A stretch of 64,000 nt of DNA. Origin: an uncultured Actinomycetota bacterium (GTDB lineage Bacteria > Actinomycetota > Actinomycetes > Mycobacteriales > Mycobacteriaceae). Location of the stretch: NCBI GenBank assembly GCA_963777885.1, contig CAVZSJ010000005.1:118713-182712 (forward strand). Direction: 5' to 3'. The notes beneath the pieces were generated by a model that was not told where the DNA came from, did not search any database, and saw nothing but the letters and a program-made list of their open reading frames with translations. Below are positions 9,860 to 20,130 of this stretch, in pieces; position 1 is the first letter of the stretch, and each line of letters begins with the position of its first letter. The translations under genes were made by a program, and so were the position numbers.

Positions 9860-12800
9860 GTGCCCCTTGACGGTGATGTGCGATCGCAGCGGCTACCGAG
9901 GCTGATCGCCGTCGTCGCGGGAATCGCGGGCATGTTGCTCTGCGCCGTGATCCCCGTGCTTCCGGTGAAACAGACGACGGCCACCATCCTGTGGCCGCAG
10001 GGCACCGCGGACGGGCACGTCAACCAGGTCACCGCGCCGCTAGTGTCCGGAGCTCCACGGGCCCTGGACATTTCCATTCCCTGCTCGGCGATCGCCACCC
10101 TGCCTGCAGAGGGCGGATTGGTGGTCTCGACCCTGCCGACCAACGGCGTGGACGCCGGGAAGAACGGCCTTTTCGTACGCGGCGACAAGGACACGATCGT
10201 GGTCGCCTTCCGCGATTCGGTGGCCGCGGTGGCGCAACGTACAGCCGTCGCCGCCGGTGCGTGCACGGTGCTGCACACCTGGGCCGACGCCGGCGGTGTG
10301 GGCGCGGACTTCGTCGGCATACCCGGCGCCGCCGGGACCCTTTCCGCGGACAAGAAACCTCAGGTCGGTGGGATCTTCACCGACTTGAAGGTTCCCGCAC
10401 AGCCCGGGCTGTCGGCCCGCGTCGACATCGACACACGGTTCGTCACGGCGCCCTCGATCAGCAAGAAGATCGCGATGGTCCTCGGTGCACTGGCGGTCCT
10501 GATCGCCATCCTTGCGCTGGCGGCCTTGGATCGCCACAGCCGCGGCGCAACACTGATCAACTGGCGCTCCCCGATTGCCTGGCTGTCCCGATACCGGCCG
10601 CGTGACCACCGGATCACGTGGCGGCATGTCGGCGCCGCGGGCTGGCTCACCGACGTCGCGGTGATCGGCACGCTGCTGCTCTGGCATGTCATCGGCGCTA
10701 CCTCCTCAGACGACGGCTATAACCTGACCATCGCCCGCGTTGCGCCCAAAGCGGGCTACGTGGCCAACTACTACCGGTACTTCGGCACGACCGAGGCGCC
10801 GTTCGACTGGTATTTCTGGGTGCTGGCCAAGATGGCGTCGGTGAGCACCGCCGGAGTCTGGATGCGGATCCCGGCGACCCTGGCCGGCATCGCCTGTTGG
10901 CTGATCATCAGCCACTGGGTGCTGCGCCGGCTGGGCCCAGGCAGAGGTGGCCTGGCCACCAATCGGGTGGCGGTGTACACCGCCGGAGCGGTGTTTTTGG
11001 CCGCGTGGTTTCCGTTCAACAACGGTCTGCGCCCAGAACCGCTGATCGCCCTGGGCGTCATCGTCACCTGGATGCTGGTGGAACGCTCGATCGCGCTGCA
11101 GCGGCTAGCGCCCGCCGCGGTCGCGATCGTTGTCGCGATGCTCACCGCGACCCTGGCCCCGCAGGGCCTGATCGCGGTTGCCGCGCTGCTGACCGGGGCC
11201 CGGGCCATCGCCCAGATGATCCGGCGCCGACTGCCCACGGACGGGCTGCTGGCGCCACTGTTTGTGCTCTCGGCGTCGTTGGCGCTGATCACCCTCGTGG
11301 TGTTCCGCAGCCAAACGCTGGCCACGGCCGCCGAATCGGTGCGCATCAAGTACAAGGTCGGGCCCACGATCGCCTGGTACCAGGACTGGCTGCGCTACTA
11401 CTTCCTCACCGTGGAGTCGAACCCGGACGGGTCGATGGCGCGCCGCTTCGCGGTCCTGGTGCTGCTGTTGTGCCTGTTCGGGATGCTGTTCATCCTGCTG
11501 CGCCGCGGCCGCGTTCCCGGGTTGGCCAGCGGCCCGGCGTGGCGCTTGACCGGTACCACCGCGATCGGCCTATTGCTTCTCACGTTCACGCCCACCAAGT
11601 GGGCGATTCAGTTCGGTGCGTTCGCCGGGCTGGCCGGCGCCCTCGGTGGGGTCACGGCGTTCGCGTGCTCCCGGATCGGCCTGCATAACCGCCGAAACCT
11701 GACGCTGTACGTGACGGCGCTGCTGTTTGTGCTCGCGGTGGCCACATCCGGAGTCAACGGCTGGTTCTACGTCGGCAACTACGGGGTGCCGTGGTACGAC
11801 ATCCAACCGGTCATCGCCAGTCACCCGGTGACGACGATGTTCCTGGCGCTGTCGATCCTGACGGGGCTGTTGGCCGCCTGGCAGCACTTCCGGATGGACT
11901 ACGCCGGGCACACCGAAGTGAAGGACAACCGGCGCAACCGGGTCCTGGCGTCGACGCCGCTGCTGGTGGTCGCGACGATCATGGTCCTGGGCGATGTCGG
12001 CTCGCTGGCCAAAGGCGCGGTGGGCCGCTACCCGCTGTACACCACCGCCAAGGCCAACCTGGCCGCTGTGTCTTCTTGGACGTCCGGCTCTCTGAGTGGC
12101 AGTTGCTCGCTGGCCGACGACGTGCTGGCCGAACCCGACCCCAATGCCGGCATGTTGCAGCCGGTGCCGGGGCAGACGTTCGGGCCTGACGGCCCGCTCG
12201 GTGGCGTCAACCCGGTCGGCTTCAAACCCGACGGCGTGGGCGATGACCTGAGGTCCTACCCGGTGGTGACCAAACCGGGCGTGGTGAATTCCGACGCGTC
12301 ACCCAATAAGCCCAACGCCACCATGAGTGACTCCGCGGGCACGGCCGGCGGCAAAGGCCCCGTCGGAGTCAACGGATCGCACGCGGCGCTGCCGTTCGGG
12401 CTCGACCCGGCCCGCACACCGGTGATGGGCAGCTACGGCGAGAACTCGCTGGCCGCCACGGTGACCTCGTCCTGGTATCAGCTGCCGCCACGCACCCCCG
12501 ACCGGCCTGTGGTGGTGGTATCGGCCACCGGTGCCATCTGGTCGTACAAAGAGGACGGCACCTTCACCTACGGGCAGCAGCTGAAATTGCAGTGGGGCGT
12601 CACTCGCCCCGACGGCAGCACCCAGCCGCTCGCGGAAGTGCAGCCGATCGACATCGGGCCGGAGCCGGCGTGGCGCAATCTACGATTCCCGCTCACCTGG
12701 GCGCCCCCGGAGGCGAATGTGGCGCGCATCGTCGCCTACGACCCGAACCTGAGTTCCGAGCAGTGGTTCGCGTTCACGCCGCCGCGGGTCCCGGTGCTGC

Positions 12801-13192
12801 AGACCCTGCAGCAATTGATCGGATCGCAGACCCCGGTGCTGATGGACATCGCGACGGCCGCCAACTTTCCGTGCCAGCGGCCGTTCTCCGAACACCTTGG
12901 CGTCGCTGAACTTCCGCAATACCGCCTGATGCCCGACCATAAACAGACGGCGGCATCGTCGAACGGGTGGCAGGCCAGCGAGGCCGGCGGGCCATTCTTG
13001 TTCACTCAGGCAATGCTTTATACCTCGACCGTCTCGACCTACCTGCGTGGCGACTGGTATCGGGATTGGGGATCGGTCGAGCAGTATCACCGGCTCGTGT
13101 CGGCCGACCAGGCGCCCGACGCCGTTATCGAACAGGGTGTGATGACTGTGCGCGGCTGGAGCCGGCAAGGACCGATTCGGGCATTGCCATGA
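9860..13192 (+). CDS. embA: Arabinosyltransferase EmbA
   Basis: [15 protein letters not shown] start, [32 protein letters not shown]; overlaps embB start. Confidence 0.96.
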   Translation: MPLDGDVRSQRLPRLIAVVAGIAGMLLCAVIPVLPVKQTTATILWPQGTADGHVNQVTAPLVSGAPRALDISIPCSAIATLPAEGGLVVSTLPTNGVDAGKNGLFVRGDKDTIVVAFRDSVAAVAQRTAVAAGACTVLHTWADAGGVGADFVGIPGAAGTLSADKKPQVGGIFTDLKVPAQPGLSARVDIDTRFVTAPSISKKIAMVLGALAVLIAILALAALDRHSRGATLINWRSPIAWLSRYRPRDHRITWRHVGAAGWLTDVAVIGTLLLWHVIGATSSDDGYNLTIARVAPKAGYVANYYRYFGTTEAPFDWYFWVLAKMASVSTAGVWMRIPATLAGIACWLIISHWVLRRLGPGRGGLATNRVAVYTAGAVFLAAWFPFNNGLRPEPLIALGVIVTWMLVERSIALQRLAPAAVAIVVAMLTATLAPQGLIAVAALLTGARAIAQMIRRRLPTDGLLAPLFVLSASLALITLVVFRSQTLATAAESVRIKYKVGPTIAWYQDWLRYYFLTVESNPDGSMARRFAVLVLLLCLFGMLFILLRRGRVPGLASGPAWRLTGTTAIGLLLLTFTPTKWAIQFGAFAGLAGALGGVTAFACSRIGLHNRRNLTLYVTALLFVLAVATSGVNGWFYVGNYGVPWYDIQPVIASHPVTTMFLALSILTGLLAAWQHFRMDYAGHTEVKDNRRNRVLASTPLLVVATIMVLGDVGSLAKGAVGRYPLYTTAKANLAAVSSWTSGSLSGSCSLADDVLAEPDPNAGMLQPVPGQTFGPDGPLGGVNPVGFKPDGVGDDLRSYPVVTKPGVVNSDASPNKPNATMSDSAGTAGGKGPVGVNGSHAALPFGLDPARTPVMGSYGENSLAATVTSSWYQLPPRTPDRPVVVVSATGAIWSYKEDGTFTYGQQLKLQWGVTRPDGSTQPLAEVQPIDIGPEPAWRNLRFPLTWAPPEANVARIVAYDPNLSSEQWFAFTPPRVPVLQTLQQLIGSQTPVLMDIATAANFPCQRPFSEHLGVAELPQYRLMPDHKQTAASSNGWQASEAGGPFLFTQAMLYTSTVSTYLRGDWYRDWGSVEQYHRLVSADQAPDAVIEQGVMTVRGWSRQGPIRALP

Positions 13193-16100
13193 GTGTCACG
13201 ACCGTCGACAACCGCGAAGCGGCCCCCCGTCAGGACGTGAAGCTGACGCGCTGGGTCGCCACCATCGCCGGCCTGATCGGCTTCGTCTTGTCGGTCGCCA
13301 CGCCGCTACTTCCCGTCGTGCAGACCACCGCGACGCTGAACTGGCCCCAAAACGAGAATGGGCACGGGCAACTGAATAGCGTTACCGCGCCGCTGATTTC
13401 GCTGACACCGGTCGACGTGACGGTCACCGTGCCGTGTTCCGTGGTGCGCGCCCTGCCGCCCGAGGGCGGGGTGATTCTGAGCACCGCACCCAAAAAGGGC
13501 AAGGACGCCGCGCTGAACGCGTTGTTCGTCGTCGCCAGCAGTAAGCGCGTCGACGTCACCGACCGCAATGTGGTGATCGCCAGCGTGCCTCGGGATCAGG
13601 CGGAATCTCCGCAATGTCAGCGCATCGAGATCACGTCCACAAAGGCCGGCGCCTTCGCCACATTCGTCGGACTGAACGACCCGGCAGGAAAGCCGGTCGG
13701 CGGCGGTTTCCCCGATCCCAACTTGCGCCCCCAGATCGTCGGGGTGTTCACGGATCTGACCGGCCCCGCCCCGCCGGGGCTGAAGTTTTCAGCGACCATC
13801 GACACCCGGTTCTCCACCACACCAACGACTTTGAAGCTGGCGGCGATGGTGTTGGCCATCGTGTCCACGATCGTCTCACTCGTCGCGCTGTGGCGCATCG
13901 ACCAATTGGACGGCAGACGGATGCGCCGGCTCATCCCGGCGAACTGGCGAAAGTTCACCCTGGCCGACGCCACGGTCACCTTCGGCTTCGTGCTCTGGCA
14001 TGTGATCGGCGCGAACTCCTCCGACGACGGCTACATCCTGGGCATGGCGCGAGTCGCCGGTCCCGCCGGCTACATGTCCAACTACTTCCGTTGGTTCGGC
14101 AGCCCGGAGGACCCGTTCGGCTGGTACTACAACCTGCTGGCGCTGATGACCCGCGTCAGCGACGGCAGCCTGTGGATGCGCTTGCCGGACTTGATCGCCG
14201 GTCTGCTGTGCTGGCTGCTGCTGTCGCGTGAAGTGCTGCCCCGGCTCGGGCCCGCGGTGGCATCCAGCAAGGCGGCGACCTGGGCGGCAGGCCTGGTCCT
14301 GTTGACGGCGTGGATGCCGTTCGACAACGGCCTTCGCCCCGAGCCGATCATCGCGCTGGGTTCGCTGGTCACCTACGTGCTGATCGAACGTTCGATGCGC
14401 TACAGCCGGCTGACGCCTGCGGCGCTGGCGGTCATCACCGCGGCATTCACCCTCGGTGTCCAGCCCACCGGCCTGATCGCGGTGGCCGCATTGGTCGCCG
14501 GCGGCCGCCCGATCCTGCGCATCCTGGTGCGACGCCACCGCGTGGTTGGCACCTGGCCGTTGGTGGCTCCGATACTGGCGGCCGGCACCATCATCCTCAC
14601 CGTGGTGTTCGCCGACCAGACACTGTCGACGGTGTTGGAAGCCACCAGGATTCGCACCGCTATCGGTCCCAGCCAGGCGTGGTACACCGAGAACCTGCGC
14701 TACTACTACCTCATCTTGCCCACGGTGGACGGTTCGTTGTCGCGCCGGTTCGGCTTTTTGATCACCGCGCTGTGCTTATTCACCGCGTTGTTTATCATGT
14801 TGCGGCGCAAGCGAGTTCCGGGAGTCGCCCGAGGGCCGGCGTGGCGGCTGATGGGTGTCATCTTCGGCACCATGTTCTTCCTGATGTTCACCCCGACCAA
14901 GTGGGTGCACCACTTCGGGCTGTTCGCCGCGGTGGGTGCGGCGATGGCCGCGCTGACGACGGTGCTGGTGTCGCATGAGGTGCTGCGCTGGTCGCGCAAC
15001 CGCATGACGTTCGTGGCGGCGGTGTTGTTCGTCTTGGCGCTCTGCTTCGCCACCACCAACGGCTGGTGGTACGTCTCGAGCTACGGCGTCCCGTTCAACA
15101 ACGTCATGCCCAGGCTCCATGGGATCAGCATCAGCGCAGTCCTTTTCGCGTTTTTCGCGATCGCGGCTCTGTGGGCGGTCTGGTTGCACTTCGCGTCCCC
15201 GACCCGCGGTGAGGGCCGGCTGGCGCGGGCGGTGACCGCGGCGCCGGTGCCGATAGCGGCCGGATTCATGGCGCTGGTGTTCATCGCGTCGATGGTCGCC
15301 GGAATCGTGCGCCAGTACCCCACCTACTCCAACGGCTGGGCCAACTTGCGCGAGTTCGCCGGAGGCTGTGCGCTGGCCGACGACGTCCTCGTCGAGCCGG
15401 ACAGTAACGCCGGCTTCATGGTGCCTCTCAAAACTGGGGCGCCCGACAATTACGGCGCCCTGGGCGCGCTGGGTGGTGTCGCCCCAACAGGATTCACCCC
15501 CAACGGGGTGCCGGAACGGACCCTGGCCGAGGCGGTCCGCGAGACGTCGGTGCCGCAGCCCGGCACGGACTACGACTGGGATGCGCCGACCAAACTGACG
15601 GCGCCGGGCATCAACGGATCGACTGTGCCGCTGCCCTACGGCCTTGACCCGCAACGGGTTCCGCTAGCGGGTAGCTACACCACAGGCGCGCAGCAGCAGA
15701 GCAGGCTGACCTCGGCGTGGTATCAGCTGCCCAAGCCGGACGCCGGGCACCCCTTGGTGGTGGTGACCGCCGCGGGCAGGATCGCCGGCAACAGCGTGCT
15801 GCACGGACACACCGACGGGCAGACCGTCGTGCTGGAATACGGCACCACCGGGCCCGGCGGAGAACTGGTGCCGGCCGGTCGGCTGGTGCCCTACGACCTG
15901 TACGGCGAGCAGCCCAAGGTGTGGCGCAACCTGCGCTTCGCGCGCTCTCAGATCCCCGAGGGCGCGACCGCGGTGCGGTTGGTGGCTGAGGACCTATCCC
16001 TGACGCCCGAAGACTGGATCGCGGTGACCCCACCTCGGGTGCCGGAATTGCGCTCCCTGCAGGAGTACGTCGGCTCGACGCAGCCGGTGCTGCTGGACTG

Positions 16101-16434
16101 GGCGGTCGGCCTGGCGTTCCCGTGCCAGCAGCCGATGCTGCACGTCAACGGTGTCACCGAGATCCCGAAATTCCGCATCACCCCGGACTACAACGCCAAG
16201 AAGCAGGACACCGACACCTGGCAGGACGGCGTCAACGGCGGCCTGCTGGGAATCAGCGACCTGTTGTTGCGCGCCCATGTGATGTCCACGTATCTGTCCC
16301 GTGACTGGGGCCGAGACTGGGGATCGCTGCGCAAGTTCGAGACGATCGCCGATGCGCACCCTGCGCAACTCGACCTGAGTACGGCGACCCGCAGCGGCCT
16401 GTGGTCTCCGGGACCGATCCGCATCAAGCCCTAA
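13189..16434 (+). CDS. embB: Arabinosyltransferase EmbB
   Basis: ATGA overlap with emb[51 protein letters not shown]. Confidence 0.96.
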   Translation: MSVTTVDNREAAPRQDVKLTRWVATIAGLIGFVLSVATPLLPVVQTTATLNWPQNENGHGQLNSVTAPLISLTPVDVTVTVPCSVVRALPPEGGVILSTAPKKGKDAALNALFVVASSKRVDVTDRNVVIASVPRDQAESPQCQRIEITSTKAGAFATFVGLNDPAGKPVGGGFPDPNLRPQIVGVFTDLTGPAPPGLKFSATIDTRFSTTPTTLKLAAMVLAIVSTIVSLVALWRIDQLDGRRMRRLIPANWRKFTLADATVTFGFVLWHVIGANSSDDGYILGMARVAGPAGYMSNYFRWFGSPEDPFGWYYNLLALMTRVSDGSLWMRLPDLIAGLLCWLLLSREVLPRLGPAVASSKAATWAAGLVLLTAWMPFDNGLRPEPIIALGSLVTYVLIERSMRYSRLTPAALAVITAAFTLGVQPTGLIAVAALVAGGRPILRILVRRHRVVGTWPLVAPILAAGTIILTVVFADQTLSTVLEATRIRTAIGPSQAWYTENLRYYYLILPTVDGSLSRRFGFLITALCLFTALFIMLRRKRVPGVARGPAWRLMGVIFGTMFFLMFTPTKWVHHFGLFAAVGAAMAALTTVLVSHEVLRWSRNRMTFVAAVLFVLALCFATTNGWWYVSSYGVPFNNVMPRLHGISISAVLFAFFAIAALWAVWLHFASPTRGEGRLARAVTAAPVPIAAGFMALVFIASMVAGIVRQYPTYSNGWANLREFAGGCALADDVLVEPDSNAGFMVPLKTGAPDNYGALGALGGVAPTGFTPNGVPERTLAEAVRETSVPQPGTDYDWDAPTKLTAPGINGSTVPLPYGLDPQRVPLAGSYTTGAQQQSRLTSAWYQLPKPDAGHPLVVVTAAGRIAGNSVLHGHTDGQTVVLEYGTTGPGGELVPAGRLVPYDLYGEQPKVWRNLRFARSQIPEGATAVRLVAEDLSLTPEDWIAVTPPRVPELRSLQEYVGSTQPVLLDWAVGLAFPCQQPMLHVNGVTEIPKFRITPDYNAKKQDTDTWQDGVNGGLLGISDLLLRAHVMSTYLSRDWGRDWGSLRKFETIADAHPAQLDLSTATRSGLWSPGPIRIKP

Positions 16435-16642
16435 GCCGGATGCGGTGTTCCCAGGTAGGGGAAGTCATCCAGGGTGTCGGTGTGCGGACTCAGTCCCGGC
16501 GGGGGAACCTCACCTTTGGTGGCTCTTCGTAATCGAGAGTGCCGGAAAACGAATACGCGGGGTTACCAGTAATCTCCGGCGCGTCCGCATTGGGTGCGAA
16601 TTGGCCGGTCCCCTTGTCATGCGACCCTCCAACCACTCACAC

Positions 16643-16661
16643 TAGTAAAATATCTTTACTA
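16643..16661. promoter_or_regulatory. AT-rich inverted repeat, candidate operator
   Basis: TAGTAAA-ATATC-TTTACTA, perfect 7-5-7. Confidence 0.5.
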
Positions 16662-16843
16662 CCGTAGTCATACAGCAGTACCGTTGACAGCAGCAAGAAG
16701 TACGAATTCGCTGATGGCCAGATGGCGCTTGCGCAGCGCTGCGCACGCGCCGTCGCGGTCGGGTCTGCGGCGATCTGACTCGGCAGTGTTGACGTAGGTT
16801 ATGTACATCATGGGAGCAGTTGGGCGATGGAGCCGAGAACGGT

Positions 16844-17287
16844 ATGGACGACGCGCAGCCGGTTGATCTAGGGGTGGCGTTGTTCATCCCGTATCGGTAC
16901 ATGGAAGACCGAATCTTCCGGGCCATCCAAGATGCCGGGTTCGACGACTGGACCCTGGCCCAGGTCCGAGTGTTTCAACGCATCGCCCCGGATGGTTCGC
17001 GTCTCACAGACCTCGCTGATCAGGCGCAAGTGAGCAAGCAGAGCGCCGGGGTGCTAGTCGATCAACTGGAACGCTTTGGTTATGTCCGCCGGGTCCCCGA
17101 CCCGACGGATGGGCGCGCCCGGTTGATCGTGATCGAGGAACGTGGCCGGCGGGCGGCCGAGGTGGCGATGGCGACATCCACCGAGATCCTGGAGGAGTGG
17201 GCGGCCTACCTGGGCACCCGCAACTTCACGTTGCTGCAGCAGATCTTGGATCAACTCCGTGAGATCACCGACCCCTACGAGCGGTAA
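16844..17287 (+). CDS. MarR-family transcriptional regulator
   Basis: RLTDLADQAQVSKQSAGVLVDQLERFGYVRRVPDPTDGRARLI wHTH; start 16844 (alternative TTG 16820). Confidence 0.9.
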   Translation: MDDAQPVDLGVALFIPYRYMEDRIFRAIQDAGFDDWTLAQVRVFQRIAPDGSRLTDLADQAQVSKQSAGVLVDQLERFGYVRRVPDPTDGRARLIVIEERGRRAAEVAMATSTEILEEWAAYLGTRNFTLLQQILDQLREITDPYER

Positions 17288-17372
17288 ACCCGGCCGCGCT
17301 GAGCCTTCCGCCCCGTTTCCCGTTCGCCCAAGCCGCCAGGGGCTGCGGGCGCCAGCAGGCTTGGACTCCGCC

Positions 17373-17403
17373 TTGACATTAGTCAGTGTCATTGACTAAT
17401 GTC
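17373..17403 (+). promoter_or_regulatory. Sigma-A-like promoter overlapped by a perfect palindromic operator
   Basis: TTGACA (17373-78), N18, TAATGT (17397-402); GACATTAGTCA-N7-TGACTAATGTC (17375-17403). Confidence 0.7.
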
Positions 17404-17514
17404 GTCAGTGGTTCTTACGATTCTCCGGCGATGGACGGGTGGTTGCCACGATGCAGGCCCAAAACCCGCATTCACCAGCACGCCCATTGATCCCTCAACA
17501 GAAAGTGAAATATT

Positions 17515-18147
17515 ATGAAGTTTCTTGTCCTTGGAGCAACCGGCCGCACCGGCGTCCCCTTCGTCAAAAAGGCACTCGACCAGGGACACCAGGTCACCGC
17601 CCTCGTTCGGCGGTCCGACGCCAACGTTGACTCTCGCGCTCAAATCGTCAGGGGCGACGTCACCGACGCCGCCGTGATCGCGAAGGCAGCCCAGGGCCAC
17701 GACGCGGTGATCAGCACGCTCGGAGTGAAAAGCGTCCGCGAAACCCCCACGTTGATCACAGACACCATCCGTGCCGTCATCGCTTCTGCGAAAACGTCAG
17801 GGGTCGATCGCTTCGTCGTCGTCTCCGCGTTCGGAGTCGGCGACTCTCTTGCCAAGGCATCATTTCTGGCTGGCCTGATCTTCCGCACAGCGCTGCGCAA
17901 AAAATACGCCGACAAAGCCGCGTCGGAAGCTCTCTTGACTGCGAGCGATCTGAAATGGACCCTCGAATACCCTGGGGCGTTGAACAACCGGGACAGCACC
18001 CGATACACCGCTACCGTGCTCGAGAATGTCACAAAACTGCCGATCCTCCCCTCAGCATCCCGCGCAAACGTCGCCGATTTTCTCCTTCACTCCGCCGTGG
18101 AAAACACCTTCATCCGTCAGATCGTCGTCGTCACCGACACCAAATAA
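17515..18147 (+). CDS. NAD(P)H-binding oxidoreductase (biliverdin/flavin-reductase-like atypical SDR)
   Basis: MKFLVLGATGRTG, VTALVR, GDVTD, DAVISTLG, RANVADFLL. Confidence 0.85.
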   Translation: MKFLVLGATGRTGVPFVKKALDQGHQVTALVRRSDANVDSRAQIVRGDVTDAAVIAKAAQGHDAVISTLGVKSVRETPTLITDTIRAVIASAKTSGVDRFVVVSAFGVGDSLAKASFLAGLIFRTALRKKYADKAASEALLTASDLKWTLEYPGALNNRDSTRYTATVLENVTKLPILPSASRANVADFLLHSAVENTFIRQIVVVTDTK

Positions 18148-18565
18148 GTCACCGAGCACGCCCAAAAAACACCGCTCACCAGTGCCCCTTTGGTGAGGAA
18201 GTCCAGCCGGTAGTGCATCGCGTCGTCGGTGAACACCCGGCCGTTCGGATATTGCGCGGGCTGGGACGGATCGAAGTTCAACATGTCCGGCAGGATGCCG
18301 TGTTGGTCGATCGCGGCGACGGCTTCTTCGCGGGTGTAGTTGCCGGTGTGGCCCATCAGGTGGACGAACATTTCGAGCCAGCGGCCTCGGTTGGAATGCG
18401 TACAGATCGCAGAGATCGAGTCGCTGGTCTTGCAGGGTCGGGCAGAGGCTTAGCCCGGTGAAATGGTTGGACACCAATCTCCTTTGAGGACCGCACCTCT
18501 CCCGGAATGTCGCAGCGGTAATCCAATCAGACTTCGCATCGGGGCGGGATGAAACACTAGTCCGC

Positions 18566-19453
18566 ATGTGTTCGGGGCGCCTGGTGATCGCAGGGCTGGT
18601 CGGTGTGGTCGCCGTTGCGTGCGCCGGACCACCCAGATCGAGCCCGGCGAGTCCCCCGCCGGCCACGCCGTTCAACTACGTCGCCGTCGGCGACTCCTAC
18701 GCCGCTGCGCCGGGGGTACCGGACGCGGCACCGCCCGCAGGCTGCCGCAAGTCGTCCAATGGCTACCCGGGGATCCTGGCGCGACAGCTCAAGACGACCA
18801 GCTTCACCAACGCCACCTGCAGCGGCGCCAAGACCGAGAACATCACCGGGCACCCTCAACAGACCACCGACGGTCCGGTCGACCGGCAGATTGACGGGGT
18901 CGGCGCAACCACCGACTTGATCACCATGACGATCGGCGCCAACGACGTGGGTCTGCAGTCCGACGCGGAAGGCTGCCAGGTCACCTCGGCCGATCCCCTG
19001 CCATGCCTTAACGAGTTCGTGATGGGCAATGTCGATCGGATTTCGGAGGCGATCACGGCGGAGTTGCCGGCGTGGGAGGCGCTCATCGACCGACTGCGAG
19101 ACACGGCGCCGCACGCGCGGATCGTCGTCGTGGGGTACGGCACCTTTGTGCGCCCCGGCGGATGCTTCCCGGCGCAGCCGGTGCTGCCGCGCGACGCCGA
19201 TTATTTGCAATCCAAACTAAATGAACTCGATGACGTTCAGCAGCAACTCGCCACCAAGAAGACGGTCGACTATTTTGACACCCGTCCACTTTCGCAAGGC
19301 CACGACATATGTGCCGCCCCCAGCGATCGGTATATCGAAGGATTTGTGCCCACCGGCTCCGCTGTTCGCTTGCATCCCAACGCCTTTGGTGAGACGGCGG
19401 TGGGGAATGCGCTCGCCGGTTACCTCGAAAAGTCTGGGCCGCGCTTTAATTGA
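18566..19453 (+). CDS. Secreted or lipoprotein SGNH/GDSL hydrolase
   Basis: YVAVGDSYAA, IGANDVG, LHPNAFG; several Cys; N-terminal hydrophobic segment ending VAVAC. Confidence 0.85.
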   Translation: MCSGRLVIAGLVGVVAVACAGPPRSSPASPPPATPFNYVAVGDSYAAAPGVPDAAPPAGCRKSSNGYPGILARQLKTTSFTNATCSGAKTENITGHPQQTTDGPVDRQIDGVGATTDLITMTIGANDVGLQSDAEGCQVTSADPLPCLNEFVMGNVDRISEAITAELPAWEALIDRLRDTAPHARIVVVGYGTFVRPGGCFPAQPVLPRDADYLQSKLNELDDVQQQLATKKTVDYFDTRPLSQGHDICAAPSDRYIEGFVPTGSAVRLHPNAFGETAVGNALAGYLEKSGPRFN

Positions 19454-19576
19454 CTCGGTCCAAAAAAGGTGTCCCCGGGTTCCTGAGGTTTTAATTCCGT
19501 GGATTTCGTCAATTCCCGTTCTCGGAACGGCTAGTGGGGACAGCCAGAATAGGGTTGGGGAACAGATGGTGGGGAA

Positions 19577-20095
19577 ATGAGCGCGCGAACAGTCTGCGGA
19601 ACGTCCGCTGCAGCAGTCACATTATTGACCTTTCCGACAATCGCTTTGGGAGCCGGCACCGCTGATGCCAATCCCGGCGCTAATAGCGTGACCAGAGTTG
19701 TCCTGGACTCCGATCTGAAAAATTGCGATTTCAGCCTGACGCGCACCGCCCCCGCGGTCCCGAGTCCCATCTTGGGCACCGGCTGGGCTGAGATCGTCCA
19801 CACAGGGTCAAGCGCAGTCGCCCAGGTGCATCTCGACGCCCCCAACGAGCCCGGCGCCCATTACAACGTCGGCCTGATCGAGGAGCCGCGACCGTCGTCG
19901 GCTACGTGCGGCCCCGGGGATCCGGGCACGGCCTTCAGCGGCCTCGACACGGACGCGGCCGGCGTGGGAACGGCGACGGTGCAAGACAGCCTCCGGTCCG
20001 GTACGACGGGTGTTTGGGTGATCATCGAGCGCCCCAGCGCTCACTCTCAGGACCCCGCCGAGTTCTACACGTCCGAATTCGTGGCGCCCGTATAG
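19577..20095 (+). CDS. Secreted hypothetical protein
   Basis: 172 aa; signal-like N-terminus (TADA-NP), three Cys, beta-rich mature part; GGGGA upstream. Confidence 0.7.
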   Translation: MSARTVCGTSAAAVTLLTFPTIALGAGTADANPGANSVTRVVLDSDLKNCDFSLTRTAPAVPSPILGTGWAEIVHTGSSAVAQVHLDAPNEPGAHYNVGLIEEPRPSSATCGPGDPGTAFSGLDTDAAGVGTATVQDSLRSGTTGVWVIIERPSAHSQDPAEFYTSEFVAPV

Positions 20096-20130
20096 GCGTG
20101 TCGGCGCCGCGACTGTAATACGGTCGCGAC

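Larger units (their letters stand above)
16513..18195. mobile_element. Inserted cassette (marR + NAD(P)-binding oxidoreductase) bounded by 9-bp direct repeats; no transposase
   Basis: CCTTTGGTG at 16513-16521 and 18187-18195; removing the insert plus one copy restores an in-frame DUF4331 C-terminus. Confidence 0.65.
16431..18474 (-). pseudogene. DUF4331-family gene, internally deleted and split by a 1.67 kb insertion
   Basis: GTG 18474 with AAAGGAG RBS gives SNHFTGLSL..DQRLDLCDLYAFQ; then, out of frame, WLEMFVHLMGHTG..LPDML.FDPSQPAQYPNGRVFTDD..FLTKG to 18187; the same frame resumes at 16521 as [29 protein letters not shown]. Family assignment from recall. Confidence 0.75.
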
